Shown in pieces: positions 1 through 9,804 of a stretch of DNA of 64,000 nucleotides; the first letter of the stretch is position 1; each line of letters begins with the position of its first letter. This DNA comes from Candidatus Curtissbacteria bacterium. GTDB taxonomy: Bacteria > Patescibacteriota > Microgenomatia > Curtissbacterales > GWA2-41-24. Position numbers and translations under genes: made by a program. The stretch covers positions 433,334-497,333 of the forward strand of contig JAUSJC010000010.1 in NCBI GenBank assembly GCA_030647775.1, given 5' to 3'. The notes below the pieces were generated by a model. The model was not told the origin of the DNA and ran no database searches. It saw only the letters and a program-made list of their open reading frames with translations.

Positions 1-134
1 TGTCCTTTGAAAGCAAATTAAATAAATTAGGTTACTCAGAGGTCGTATCCAAGATTATTCCGGTTGTAGTTATGGATAACTATAACGAGGTATTGCAACA
101 ACTGGCCGATAACCAATCAAAACAAAAGGCATGA
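1..134 (+). CDS. 3' end of a truncated upstream CDS, function unknown
   Basis: Frame starting at position 3 is open (SFESKLNKLGYSEVVSK...KQKA) to TGA at 132-134, which overlaps the ATG of the next ORF (ATGA coupling). Confidence 0.55.
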   Translation, partial: SFESKLNKLGYSEVVSKIIPVVVMDNYNEVLQQLADNQSKQKA

Positions 135-340
135 ATGGCATTATGTTGAAAAAAATTAAAAGTCAGTATATTCACCTAATAATTTCTCTGGTTTGTTTAG
201 TTATTGTCCTCTATTTTGGAATCCTTATTTACAAAGAGTTTAAACCACAAAGTTACGATGCGAAGTATATGCATTGCCTAGAACTTCGAAACGATTTGGG
301 GTTGGGGTTATGCCTTAAGCAATTAGGCTCGAAAAAATAA
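131..340 (+). CDS. small single-pass membrane protein
   Basis: 69 aa with one hydrophobic stretch (LIISLVCLVIVLYFGILIY); ATGA overlap with the upstream CDS. Confidence 0.55.
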   Translation: MNGIMLKKIKSQYIHLIISLVCLVIVLYFGILIYKEFKPQSYDAKYMHCLELRNDLGLGLCLKQLGSKK

Positions 341-374
341 AGAGGATTATTTCTCCAAATTAATTACGGATGTT

Positions 375-1004
375 ATGGACAGAAACGGTGATTATTCAGA
401 TTATTTAACAATTATTAAGTTTGCTGTAGAAAATATTTCTAAAGTAAAAAGTGTTGATGGGATAATATCATGTTTTCAAAACTCAATTGAAGACATCACA
501 GACAGAGATGAATTACATATGGCTCAACTTATATCAATGAATATCCCTGGACATGAAAACTATTTATTCAAGTTCAAAGAAAATTGCAGCTCATTTGGTG
601 AATTTAGTGTGGATTTTATTCCTACTAATCCGGAGGAGTTTACGAGAAATGGGATACGAGCTCTAGGGGGTCTAACTACTGAACCTTTATTTGATCAAAA
701 GCAACTCGCAAACTTTCGAGTTCAATTATTTGCAGACGGTTTATTGTCATTTACAAAACTAAGATGTAAAGTGATATTTGACTACATTATTAAGCAGTTT
801 GGTGAACCTAACCAATCTCCAATAGCAAAAGAGCACGCAAAGTTTTTAGAAGAAACCTGTGGAACTGAAATTAACTGCTGGCATTTTCAAAAAGAAGAAA
901 AAGATTACTTAATAACATTCTACTTTTTTAGGGATCCTAATAATATTAGGTCTTATGCTTCATTTTCAATATCGCTAGTCTTTCAAAATAAAGATAGATA
1001 CTAA
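375..1004 (+). CDS. hypothetical protein
   Basis: 209-aa ORF in AT-rich DNA, co-oriented with neighbours; no motif recognised. Confidence 0.65.
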   Translation: MDRNGDYSDYLTIIKFAVENISKVKSVDGIISCFQNSIEDITDRDELHMAQLISMNIPGHENYLFKFKENCSSFGEFSVDFIPTNPEEFTRNGIRALGGLTTEPLFDQKQLANFRVQLFADGLLSFTKLRCKVIFDYIIKQFGEPNQSPIAKEHAKFLEETCGTEINCWHFQKEEKDYLITFYFFRDPNNIRSYASFSISLVFQNKDRY

Positions 1005-1055
1005 TTAAGCTCTGCTTTGAATTTTGGACTAAAATGATAAAAGATTAAGATAAAG

Positions 1056-1631
1056 ATGGACAAAACTTCTAAAACTCCCCTCCAGTACTTCGCTTTTACT
1101 AAAAATAACAAGCCCGATGGGAAATACTTGGCTATTGAAGTTTGGCCAGATGGATCTCCGAATAGAGTGAAAGGACGATACCTAGAGATAGATGCAAACA
1201 CTTTTTCTACAGACGAGACGAAATTAGACAGCCTCATTGCATATTGGGAAAAGGTAGCAAGTGATGAGGGATTTGAAAAGCCAATGATTACCATTCAGGC
1301 AGACTTTGGAATTGGCAGTGAGCTTGCCTACGCTTATACGGACGGTAGAGAAGAAGTGCCGCCAAATGCTAAGTCATATACTATCAAACCCCGATTTGAC
1401 AAAAATATCTTTCTGATGAGAACCGGAGGAGACGGTAAATCTCTTGTATACAGCAGCCCGCTCGACTCACCGACCATACGGGAAGAAATCTCTAACTTCA
1501 ACAAATTATTGGTGCAGTTTTTCAATGGAGCCTTTTATGAGGTGCTTACGGAATACTCGGACAGAGATATGGGGTGGGAACTGCTTAATGATCTTGTGAT
1601 TGATAACGCAAAACTTAGATCACCCAAATAA
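1056..1631 (+). CDS. hypothetical protein
   Basis: 191-aa ORF whose stop overlaps the next start (TAATG). Confidence 0.7.
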   Translation: MDKTSKTPLQYFAFTKNNKPDGKYLAIEVWPDGSPNRVKGRYLEIDANTFSTDETKLDSLIAYWEKVASDEGFEKPMITIQADFGIGSELAYAYTDGREEVPPNAKSYTIKPRFDKNIFLMRTGGDGKSLVYSSPLDSPTIREEISNFNKLLVQFFNGAFYEVLTEYSDRDMGWELLNDLVIDNAKLRSPK

Positions 1632-2422
1632 TGAACCCCAATCGTAGTAATAGTCCGGGGGAAATCTCCTTTAGGTATTCTGGACGATCTATTCCAAGTA
1701 TTGAGCATCCGGACCGGAATGAAGATTCAATCGCTTATGATCCTGAAGGAAGCTGGGCGGCTGTACTGGATGGTTTAGGTGGGACAAAGGCGGGTAAAGA
1801 AGCTAGCAACAAGGCACTGGAGGTAATAAAACTTAGACTCGAAGGCTGGAAACTAGAGGATGACCTTAAGGTTGAAGAGAACCTCAAAACAATGGTTAAA
1901 AAGGCTTCTTTGGCAGTAAGTAGGCAAGTTCCGGATGGATTAACTACAGCAGTTATTACCAAAATAGTTAGCCTTGAGGGTCAGAAGATCTTTTTTATAT
2001 CCAGCGTTGGTGACTCTAGGGTTTATTTATTTAGGAAAGGAACTCTGATCAAAATTACTCACGATGACAGTATTGTTCCCAACCGGATAGCCCAAAAACT
2101 CGAAAATGCTACTTCTGCTGACGAACTAAGCGAATTGGAAGGTAAGGCATTTTTGCTACGAAGCATTGTTACTCAATCTGTCGGTCAACTTGAAGAATTG
2201 GAAGTTCATGGTTATTCGGTAATTGCGATGATCGGCGATAAGTTGATCCTGACTTCTGATGGCATCCACGATAACTTAACCTTTAACGAAATAGAAGAAG
2301 TCGTTGGACACAGCGGTGATGTGGCTAAATTACTGGTTGAGGCGGCAAGCAAAAGATCCAAAGAAAATCATTTCAGGTCAAAGCCTGATGATATATCAGC
2401 CATTGTTATTGAGGCGTATTAA
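1631..2422 (+). CDS. PP2C/PPM-family protein phosphatase
   Basis: Motifs RNEDS, AVLDGLGG, SVGDSRVY, ITHDDS, LTSDGIHD, DDISAIVI. Confidence 0.92.
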   Translation: MNPNRSNSPGEISFRYSGRSIPSIEHPDRNEDSIAYDPEGSWAAVLDGLGGTKAGKEASNKALEVIKLRLEGWKLEDDLKVEENLKTMVKKASLAVSRQVPDGLTTAVITKIVSLEGQKIFFISSVGDSRVYLFRKGTLIKITHDDSIVPNRIAQKLENATSADELSELEGKAFLLRSIVTQSVGQLEELEVHGYSVIAMIGDKLILTSDGIHDNLTFNEIEEVVGHSGDVAKLLVEAASKRSKENHFRSKPDDISAIVIEAY

Positions 2423-2442
2423 ATCCTCCGGGTCATGGAATT

Positions 2443-2928
2443 TCATTTTGATTCCGGAAGGATTTCATTCAGACGGGCTAGTGCTGCCTCTACCGCCTCA
2501 TTAAGACTATCGTTGACCTTTTCTGCCTTATATCTACCTCTAAGTTTATAAGTCATATCAATCGCATCTTTTCTGACTTTATTATTGGGAAGGCTAAAAT
2601 AGGCTCTAGCCGATTGTTGGTTACGTTGGATTTGAATTAACTTTGCATCGGGGATTTTCCTTACTACGAACTCGATTTCTTTGTCTGTCATATCATTGGG
2701 AAAAATAAATTTGTCTATCTCCGAAGAATTAAGAAGTTGCCCATGTTTTTTAAGCACATCTTCTTCCGGTAAGTATTTTTCCATCAACGGCTGCCATCCT
2801 TTACTTCTGGTTAATTTCTGGGGGTTTTTAGCACTCGCCTTGGAATATCCGGCGTCGATCATAGATTTGCTGACATTTCCACCATTTTCCACCAATTTTG
2901 TAGCTGCTAATTTTTGCTTGGTGGTCAT
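2443..2928 (-). CDS. terminase small subunit-like DNA-binding protein
   Basis: N-terminus MTTKQKLAA...NGGNVSKSMIDAGYSKASAKNPQKL resembles the KQK...GN...A...AGYS helical pattern of TerS; start set at ATG 2928. Family call is pattern recognition only. Confidence 0.6.
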   Translation of the reverse strand: MTTKQKLAATKLVENGGNVSKSMIDAGYSKASAKNPQKLTRSKGWQPLMEKYLPEEDVLKKHGQLLNSSEIDKFIFPNDMTDKEIEFVVRKIPDAKLIQIQRNQQSARAYFSLPNNKVRKDAIDMTYKLRGRYKAEKVNDSLNEAVEAALARLNEILPESK

Positions 2929-3029
2929 TTTTTGCGATTCTTTCCGATAAAAAAAGCGACTCACATAAAGATTCGATCTACATCTTCATATGAACCGCGC
3001 CGGTTTTTCCGTTAAGCGATACGATTTAA

Positions 3030-3458
3030 TTATAACATTGGCTCTGGCAATTTCCTTACCATTTTTTCAATTTCAGCTACAACTTCATCGGCAAACTTGT
3101 CTAAAAACTGATAGTCTTTAAGAATTGCCCTTTTAACTCCTCTTTGCTTCGCCTGTTCGTTAAATTCCGGCACAGATGAAATTGCAATAACTTTGTCTCC
3201 TCCAAACCTTTCTATATCAAAAACGTGGAACGAGCCGCCGAGCTTACAATCTCTGTCCAAAAGGACAATATCAAATTCAGCTTTGGGGTTACTGTTGACA
3301 TAATTTTCGACTTGGGTGTAGTCAGACAAGCTAATTATGCAGAACTCGTACGGCTGGTCGCCTTCGAGCCGTGAGAGCCTCCCCAAGAGCTTTGAAAGGG
3401 TCAGTAGGTCATCTTCTAAGATCAGAACCTTTTTACTTAATATCATGGAAAAATACAA
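3030..3458 (-). CDS. stand-alone response-regulator receiver-like domain
   Basis: KVLILEDD, DIVLLD (phospho-acceptor Asp), VIAISS and a C-terminal ILK match the REC pattern; no output domain. Confidence 0.7.
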   Translation of the reverse strand: MYFSMILSKKVLILEDDLLTLSKLLGRLSRLEGDQPYEFCIISLSDYTQVENYVNSNPKAEFDIVLLDRDCKLGGSFHVFDIERFGGDKVIAISSVPEFNEQAKQRGVKRAILKDYQFLDKFADEVVAEIEKMVRKLPEPML

Positions 3459-3487
3459 ACGTTTGCTCCATAGATTTGAAAGATTAC

Positions 3488-3961
3488 TTATTTTTCTAGT
3501 TCTTCTATACGTGACTTACTAAGTTTCCAAAGTTTTTTATCAACTAGATAGCCGTTTTGCATTTGAGTTTCTTGATAGTCTTTAAGAGTGAGAATCCTTG
3601 CCTCTCGCCATTTTTTGTTGCTAAATTTTGTTAAAGCTTCTTTGATCGCTTCATCATCGCTTGGGTATTGGATGAGCATAATTTCAGTTTCCTCAAGAAG
3701 TTTCACGTTATCATGCAATCCTTGTTCATAATAGTAGGCTTCCATTTTGTTAAGTGCCCCCTGCAATATACCTTTAGGGTATGGCAATATTGATTCAGGA
3801 ATATTTATGTCAAAAAGCATTCTTACCCCTCCACTATGTTCAAGATGCACTCCCCATATTGAGACAATATTTTGTGCTTCTTCTAGGGTTAACTTTTCAG
3901 CAATATGCTTTGATCGCATTTCGTCAAGTTCTTCTGCTCTTTTCATTAAATCGACACTCAT
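3488..3961 (-). CDS. hypothetical protein
   Basis: 157-aa ORF, co-oriented with the receiver gene. Confidence 0.65.
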   Translation of the reverse strand: MSVDLMKRAEELDEMRSKHIAEKLTLEEAQNIVSIWGVHLEHSGGVRMLFDINIPESILPYPKGILQGALNKMEAYYYEQGLHDNVKLLEETEIMLIQYPSDDEAIKEALTKFSNKKWREARILTLKDYQETQMQNGYLVDKKLWKLSKSRIEELEK

Positions 3962-4038
3962 ATTTTCACTATTGCATAGTAGTTACAGCAAGACAAGTTG
4001 CTTTCTAATATTATCTATTACTCAACATTTTTGAAACT

Positions 4039-4188
4039 TTAGGATTCTTTGAGATGGACTATTTTCGTGTCTAGCCGGTTTTCATTATAAGTGGGTTGTG
4101 TGTTCAGTGGGTGGGATTCGATTACACCTTTTAAATCATCCACGACCAAATGAGTATATTTTAAAGTGGTATTTAGGTTCGAATGTCC
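4039..4188 (-). pseudogene. 3' remnant of a second tyrosine recombinase
   Basis: Hand translation gives GHSNLNTTLKYTHLVVDDLKGVIESHPLNTQPT...ES*; 26 of the first 29 aa match the C-terminus of the integrase at 7625-8638 (GHSSLNTTLKYTHLVVDDLKGVMENHPLN). Absent from the ORF track. Confidence 0.9.
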
Positions 4189-4337
4189 ATCAATTCTCGC
4201 CAGCCTTTACTTTCAGTCAATTTTTGAGGGGTTTTAGCAGTATTTTTAGAATAACCGGCAGACTTCATCGCTTCACCGATATTTCCACCATTTTCCACCA
4301 ATTTTGAAGCTGCCAATTTTTGTTTAAAAGTAGCCAT
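4173..4337 (-). pseudogene. 5' remnant of a second TerS-like gene
   Basis: MATFKQKLAASKLVENGGNIGEAMKSAGYSKNTAKTPQKLTESKGWRELMD is paralogous to the N-terminus of 2443-2928 and stops just after joining the integrase remnant. Confidence 0.88.
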
Positions 4338-4419
4338 ATCTTTATTATCCCACAGTCCACGGTTATTAGATAAGTTTACCTGGTGATATAATTTCCAGGC
4401 GAAGTAGCGGAATAAATTT

Positions 4420-6180
4420 ATGAAAATTAGAAGTCTCACAATATCGCACTTTCGAGGAATACAAAGCCTGGAATGGAAACCAGCTAAGGATCTGATTTGT
4501 TTGATAGGCCCCGGCAACAGCACTAAAACAACCGTTCTCGACGCTATAAGCATGGCTCTCACTCCTCACTTCTCGGTTAATTTAACAGATGCCGATTTCT
4601 TCAACTGTGATGTCTCCCAAGGAATACAAATCGACGTAGTATTATCCAATATACCTGACGAGCTTCTTAGTTTCGACAATTTAGGTGGCATGATTTGTGG
4701 TGTGAAAGACAATGGTGAGGTTGTTCCAGACCCAATTCAGAACACAGAAAAGGCGATAATAGTGCGATTTAGGGCTGATTCGAGTTTAGAGCCAGTTTGG
4801 GAAGCATACAAACCAGACTCAGAGCTGCCTCCTCTTAGGCTTAGTTCTAGCATGCGAGCAAGCTTTGGACTATTTAGATTGGACGAACGGGTAGATGTGC
4901 ATATGCGTTGGAGTCGAGGGTCTGCACTAGCATTGCTTACAAGCGGTACGGATGCAACGGCTTCTGTAATCGCCCAGGCAAGACGGGCAGCACGAGCAGC
5001 AGTTTTTGGTATCAGTGACGAAGGACTTCGGTCGACAACTCAAATTGTGACAGAAGCAGCTCGTAAATTTGGTGCTACTAATTACACAGAACTTCGTCCT
5101 GGAATAGATCCAGCAAGCTTGAATAATGGCTATGGCTTGACACTCCATGATGGTGAAATTCCGGTGACGAATGAAGGGCTCGGGGTTCGACGACTAACAA
5201 GCTTAGCTATCCAAGATGCAGGAGCGACCAACGCCTCAATTGTTTTAATTGACGAAATAGAGCTAGGTTTAGAGCCTCATCGTCTATTGCACTTGATAAA
5301 CATTTTAAGAAAAAAGGTTGATGGGAACTGCCAAGTTATTTTAACCAGCCATTCCCCGCTAGTAGTGGAATCCTTAGGGACAAATATAGCAAGGGTAATG
5401 AGTCAAGGCTCTACAACGACAATTAAAGAAATTCCAGAAGAAGTTGCCAGTCTGGACTCTGACGCCATGCAAAAGATGATCAGATCAGGACCATCAGCCA
5501 TGCTTGCAACAAGAGTAATTGTGGTCGAGGGGACGACAGAAATGGGCATAATGCGAGCCTATTGTAGGGACTGGGATCGGGAACGAGAGCAAAACAATCG
5601 GAACCCGCTAGCAATTATTGGAACTGCTATTAGGAACGGGCAAGGTGATGATGTATGTCTCAAAAGAGCAGAAAGTCTTGCAAAGCTGGAATATGCGGTC
5701 ATGGCAGTCTTGGATAGTGACAAGCCCCTCCTAGCTGAGGAGCAGGCAGCGATAAGTGCAGGAGCCTCTGTCGTAAGGTGGGGGAATGGAATGGCTATAG
5801 AAGAAAAAATTGCAAGTGAAATTCCTGAAGACAAGCTCTCCGACCTGGTTACGCTCGCAGTTCAATTCAATACTACAGAAAACCCTTCAGAATCAGTGTT
5901 GGGAGCAATATCTGCCCAAATGCCAGGTAGTCCTACTCTTAGTAGTGCTAACCCAACAGACTGGACTGCTCCAATGGCCGACATCCGGGAAGCAATTGGA
6001 AAGGCTGCAAAAAGAAACAAGTGGTTTAAAGTCGAGGATAAGGGAGAAAAATTGGGCGAATTGCTTATTGAATCAATGGCTGATATGCAGGGAACAGATT
6101 TGGCAAAAAAGATGAACCTCATACGAAATTTTGCCTACACAGAAGTAGACCCACAGGAAGCAGAGGGCGAGGATGGATGA
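4420..6180 (+). CDS. gajA: OLD-family ATP-dependent nuclease (ABC ATPase + TOPRIM), Gabija GajA-like
   Basis: Walker A-like GPGNSTKTT, Walker B LIDEIE, H-loop TSHSP, TOPRIM VVEGTTE and DSD; overlaps a UvrD gene. Confidence 0.85.
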   Translation: MKIRSLTISHFRGIQSLEWKPAKDLICLIGPGNSTKTTVLDAISMALTPHFSVNLTDADFFNCDVSQGIQIDVVLSNIPDELLSFDNLGGMICGVKDNGEVVPDPIQNTEKAIIVRFRADSSLEPVWEAYKPDSELPPLRLSSSMRASFGLFRLDERVDVHMRWSRGSALALLTSGTDATASVIAQARRAARAAVFGISDEGLRSTTQIVTEAARKFGATNYTELRPGIDPASLNNGYGLTLHDGEIPVTNEGLGVRRLTSLAIQDAGATNASIVLIDEIELGLEPHRLLHLINILRKKVDGNCQVILTSHSPLVVESLGTNIARVMSQGSTTTIKEIPEEVASLDSDAMQKMIRSGPSAMLATRVIVVEGTTEMGIMRAYCRDWDREREQNNRNPLAIIGTAIRNGQGDDVCLKRAESLAKLEYAVMAVLDSDKPLLAEEQAAISAGASVVRWGNGMAIEEKIASEIPEDKLSDLVTLAVQFNTTENPSESVLGAISAQMPGSPTLSSANPTDWTAPMADIREAIGKAAKRNKWFKVEDKGEKLGELLIESMADMQGTDLAKKMNLIRNFAYTEVDPQEAEGEDG

Positions 6181-7594
6181 AGATTCTGGGCCAAACCCAA
6201 GCAGACTCCTATCAGACCTGCCTTGGTCTATTGTGCTACCCGCTGGTTGTGGTAAGACTCAACTAATTGTTGGAATTGCCGCTGCGACACCTACGGGCTC
6301 TAAGCCTCTTTTAATATTAACGCACACTAACGCAGGAGTTGATGCTCTTCGCAGCCGATTACGGAGACTAGGTGTTGAGCCCAAAAAGTATGATTTGCTC
6401 ACTATAGATAGTTGGGCCAAATTTCTTTCTGGCCACTTCCGTGTTTTGGCAACTAGTAACGACTCCTTAGCGGTAAATGAGGGCGATTGGTCATCAATAC
6501 GTGCAGGAGCCTTAAAAGTTATCGAGTCTGAACATATAGCAGATTTAATAAGAGCAAGCTATTCAGCTTCAATAGTAGATGAGTATCAAGATTGCGATCC
6601 AAGCCAACATGCCATAATTTCCAAGCTAAAAGAATATATACCAGTTGGTGTGCTTGGAGACCCCCTTCAGGGGATCTTTGAATTTGGCAGTTCAAGTGTG
6701 GTGGATTGGGACGCGGTAGAAGCTATTTTTCCAACAAAAAGCCTAGAGATAAAACCCTATCGCTGGATTGAGCGTAATCCTGAGTTAGGAGAGAGTCTGC
6801 TCGCAATACGAAAAAGATTATTGAAATCACAGCCAATCGATTTGTCACAGGAGGAAAAAATAAATTGGATTGAGGCCTCACCGAAGAACCAAAGAGATGT
6901 CTGCTTTGAGGCTCTTCATCGAGAAGGAAAGGTGATCGCCCTCCATCAGCAAGCCAATCAATGTTATAGCTTAGGAAGAAACCTCAAAGGGTGTTTTGGA
7001 GTAATGGAGGAGATTCAGTGCAGGATTGTAAGAGATTTTATAAAAATAGTTGATGAAGGAGACTCTGGCAAAATTGCATCAGCAACATTAAAGTTTGCTC
7101 GTGATTGTTGCATAGGTATTGGCAATCCTCTTGATAAAAAGTGCGAAACGGATTATTCAAATAAAATAAAAAGGAAATTTCAAAAAGGAAGTAAGCCAAG
7201 CGCCTCCATATCTGCCTTGAACGACATAGTTGACAATCCTAGCACGAGAAACATACGCATAGCCCTCAAAGCTTTAAGAGACATAGGGGAAGTTTTTCGC
7301 CGCGAAGCCTGGGTTATCTGCGTTAAAGTGCTTGAAGCGATGGAATTAAATCCGGAGAAAACTGGAATGGAAATATTAGACAAAATCCGAGGGCGAACTC
7401 GATTTATCGGGCGCTTTGAAAGGAAACGATTACTTTCCAGAACTTTACTCGTAAAAGGTCTAGAATATGACGAATGTATTGTTTTGAATGCCGATGGAAT
7501 GAACGCCCGTAATTTGTATGTTGCTCTAACACGGGGCATAGATAAGGTTACAGTGCTTAGTTCTAGCCCAGTCATCACACCCACAGGCTTCTAA
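6173..7594 (+). CDS. gajB: UvrD-like helicase, Gabija GajB-like
   Basis: PAGCGKT, LTHTNAG, IVDEYQD, LGDPLQGIF, KGLEYD, LYVALTRG; short (473 aa) and coupled to the OLD nuclease. Confidence 0.85.
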   Translation: MDEDSGPNPSRLLSDLPWSIVLPAGCGKTQLIVGIAAATPTGSKPLLILTHTNAGVDALRSRLRRLGVEPKKYDLLTIDSWAKFLSGHFRVLATSNDSLAVNEGDWSSIRAGALKVIESEHIADLIRASYSASIVDEYQDCDPSQHAIISKLKEYIPVGVLGDPLQGIFEFGSSSVVDWDAVEAIFPTKSLEIKPYRWIERNPELGESLLAIRKRLLKSQPIDLSQEEKINWIEASPKNQRDVCFEALHREGKVIALHQQANQCYSLGRNLKGCFGVMEEIQCRIVRDFIKIVDEGDSGKIASATLKFARDCCIGIGNPLDKKCETDYSNKIKRKFQKGSKPSASISALNDIVDNPSTRNIRIALKALRDIGEVFRREAWVICVKVLEAMELNPEKTGMEILDKIRGRTRFIGRFERKRLLSRTLLVKGLEYDECIVLNADGMNARNLYVALTRGIDKVTVLSSSPVITPTGF

Positions 7595-7624
7595 GTTTTT
7601 GTCTTGATTAAACTTTGTCAAACA

Positions 7625-8638
7625 CTAGTTAATCGTAAAATCGGGAACTTGCAGATTTTCCGCGCTCTCTGGCTTTTTAGCCACATTTAGAGGATGGTTT
7701 TCCATTACCCCTTTTAAATCATCAACCACCAAGTGTGTATATTTTAAAGTGGTATTAAGGCTCGAGTGGCCAACAATCCTTGCTACCTTTAGTGCCGGAG
7801 CTTCTGCTCTTATCAATTCCGTAATAAAACAGTGGCGCAGAAGGTGTAAATGTACCCGTTTCTTAATACCAAGGATTTTTGCCCGTGTTTTAAGTTCGTT
7901 TATGAAGGAGTGGGCAGCAATACGTTTGCTATCCTTAAAAAATGATTTGAAAAGGGGATCTTCCGGTTTAGCCTTTCTTATACTAAGCCACTCTTCTAAC
8001 CTTAAGCCTAAATCGGTAGGTAGGGGCACTAGTCTTGGTTTATTAAATTTGGCGTGTCGTATACGGATAACCATGTCGCCAAAATCAACATCCCCGACAT
8101 CAATAGCCACGGCTTCTGACCGTCTAAGCCCAGTACACGCCACCAACTCAATAAAAAAGTCGTAATATGCCCGATCAAGATACATGTGGCATTTATCATA
8201 GTTTCGTGGGCAGTTAATAATAGCCCTAATTTCATCTACAGTTAGCAGATCCGGGAAGAACGGATCGCTTCTGTTAGCTTTAATACAATATGAAATGTCG
8301 TCCGGCAAAAATCCCTCTTCCAGCCACAACCAACGCAAAAACTGCTTTGTGGATGAAATAATCGAGTTCACCGAAGCCGTAGTAAGACCCTTTTTCTTTC
8401 CCAAGCCGTTGGTTGATTTAGATTTCTGGTCTTTGCAAAAAAGGATGTAATCTCTGGCGGTATCTTTGTTTATTGGTTTCCCATCTATAAAAATAGGAAA
8501 TCGGCGCAAATTGTACCAATTTCGTTGGATTGTCTTTTCTGAAAGCCCTCTATAGCGGTAAAAATCGCCAAATTTGGCAAGAAATCGCTCCATTTGGGAT
8601 TTTTTTACTATTTTGCCCCTTTTACTTGTGTATGACAT
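7625..8638 (-). CDS. tyrosine recombinase/integrase
   Basis: Catalytic set: GLRRSE (R), AKFNKPR (K), HLLRH, GH, TLKY; start taken at ATG 8638. Confidence 0.95.
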   Translation of the reverse strand: MSYTSKRGKIVKKSQMERFLAKFGDFYRYRGLSEKTIQRNWYNLRRFPIFIDGKPINKDTARDYILFCKDQKSKSTNGLGKKKGLTTASVNSIISSTKQFLRWLWLEEGFLPDDISYCIKANRSDPFFPDLLTVDEIRAIINCPRNYDKCHMYLDRAYYDFFIELVACTGLRRSEAVAIDVGDVDFGDMVIRIRHAKFNKPRLVPLPTDLGLRLEEWLSIRKAKPEDPLFKSFFKDSKRIAAHSFINELKTRAKILGIKKRVHLHLLRHCFITELIRAEAPALKVARIVGHSSLNTTLKYTHLVVDDLKGVMENHPLNVAKKPESAENLQVPDFTIN

Positions 8639-8691
8639 ATAATAAACCAAGCATTTTGGCCACTTTTGCAGACCAAAACGTTTTAATTAGT

Positions 8692-9804
8692 ATGTCCTAT
8701 CAACCCAAAGTAGCATTAGTACATGATGATTTCGTCCAGCAAGGCGGAGCGGAAAATCTGTTTGCCGAGATCGCCCAAATCTATCCAAATGCCCCAATTT
8801 ATACATCACTGGTCGATTGGAATAAACCGCCTATGGGAATAGACCGAAATAGGGTCCGACCCTCTTTTATGCAGAGAATCCCCTTTGCCGCAAAATTTTA
8901 TAAATTACTTTTGTCTCTCTACCCTTTGGCATTTGAAAGTTTCAATCTTTCCGCCTTTGACGTGGTTATTTCATCAACCACCCGTTTTGCCAAAGGCGTT
9001 GTAACCCCGCCAGATACGATCCATATTTGTTACCTAAACTCCATTCCCAGGTTTCTTTGGCATACCGACCATAAGAAAAGTTATTTGCCGTCCTCTCTCG
9101 AATCTATTTTTCGGCCCATCATAAATTGGCTAAAGCGCTGGGATATGGCTGCTGCTTCACGGGTAGATTTTTTTATTGCCAACTCCCAAAATGTTAAAAC
9201 CCAAATCAAAAAAGTCTATAACCGAAATTCCCAAGTTATCTATCCATTTGCCGATACAGATTTTTTTAAGCCCCCCAAAATTCATAACTGGAGACTGAAG
9301 AGTCAAAAATATTATCTTATTGTTTCGCGCCTGGTTCGCTGGAAGAAAATCGAAATCGCCATTCGTGCCGCCAATAATTTAGGAATCAACCTTTTTGTTA
9401 TTGGTGAAGGGCCGGACAGGAGTCGACTGAAGCACTTTGCGGGGAAGAGCACTAAATTTATAGGCAAAATTTCAAAAGAGGAGCTGCGTCAACTCTATCA
9501 AAACGCCCAAGCGCTAATTGTTACCCAAGAAGAAGATTTTGGTATAGTAACTGTTGAGGCTCAAGCATGTGGCCTTCCTGTTATTGCTTATGACCATGGC
9601 GGCCAAAAAGAAATTATCAAAAATGGCCTTACTGGTTTATTTTTCCCCTCGCAAAGCACCAAGGCTCTGGAAGATGCAATTAATGCGTCAAGTGCGGTAA
9701 AATGGAATTTAGCCGAAATTGTAAAGAACGGTCAAAGGTTCTCAAAGAAACAGTTTGTCAAAAATTTAAAAGCGAAAGTAAAAGAGTATGCCAGCCAAAA
9801 ATAA
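8692..9804 (+). CDS. GT4 glycosyltransferase (mannosyltransferase-like)
   Basis: ALVHDDFVQQGGAE, VSRLVRWKKI, EEDFGIVTVEAQACGLPVIAY; start moved to ATG 8692 so it does not overlap the integrase. Confidence 0.93.
   Translation: MSYQPKVALVHDDFVQQGGAENLFAEIAQIYPNAPIYTSLVDWNKPPMGIDRNRVRPSFMQRIPFAAKFYKLLLSLYPLAFESFNLSAFDVVISSTTRFAKGVVTPPDTIHICYLNSIPRFLWHTDHKKSYLPSSLESIFRPIINWLKRWDMAAASRVDFFIANSQNVKTQIKKVYNRNSQVIYPFADTDFFKPPKIHNWRLKSQKYYLIVSRLVRWKKIEIAIRAANNLGINLFVIGEGPDRSRLKHFAGKSTKFIGKISKEELRQLYQNAQALIVTQEEDFGIVTVEAQACGLPVIAYDHGGQKEIIKNGLTGLFFPSQSTKALEDAINASSAVKWNLAEIVKNGQRFSKKQFVKNLKAKVKEYASQK

Larger units (their letters stand above)
1..8650. mobile_element. integrase-bounded accessory/defence island; left end lies outside the window
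   Basis: Terminal integrase, TerS-like genes, a defence pair and hypothetical genes, followed abruptly by housekeeping-style genes. No att site identified. Confidence 0.7.

Noticed and set aside
4338-4562. N-terminal part of ORF 4173-4562
   Set aside because: It is mostly antisense to gajA; paralogy to the TerS-like gene begins only at ATG 4337.
1-8650. Prophage
   Set aside because: No large terminase, portal, capsid, tail or lysis genes are recognisable within the window.
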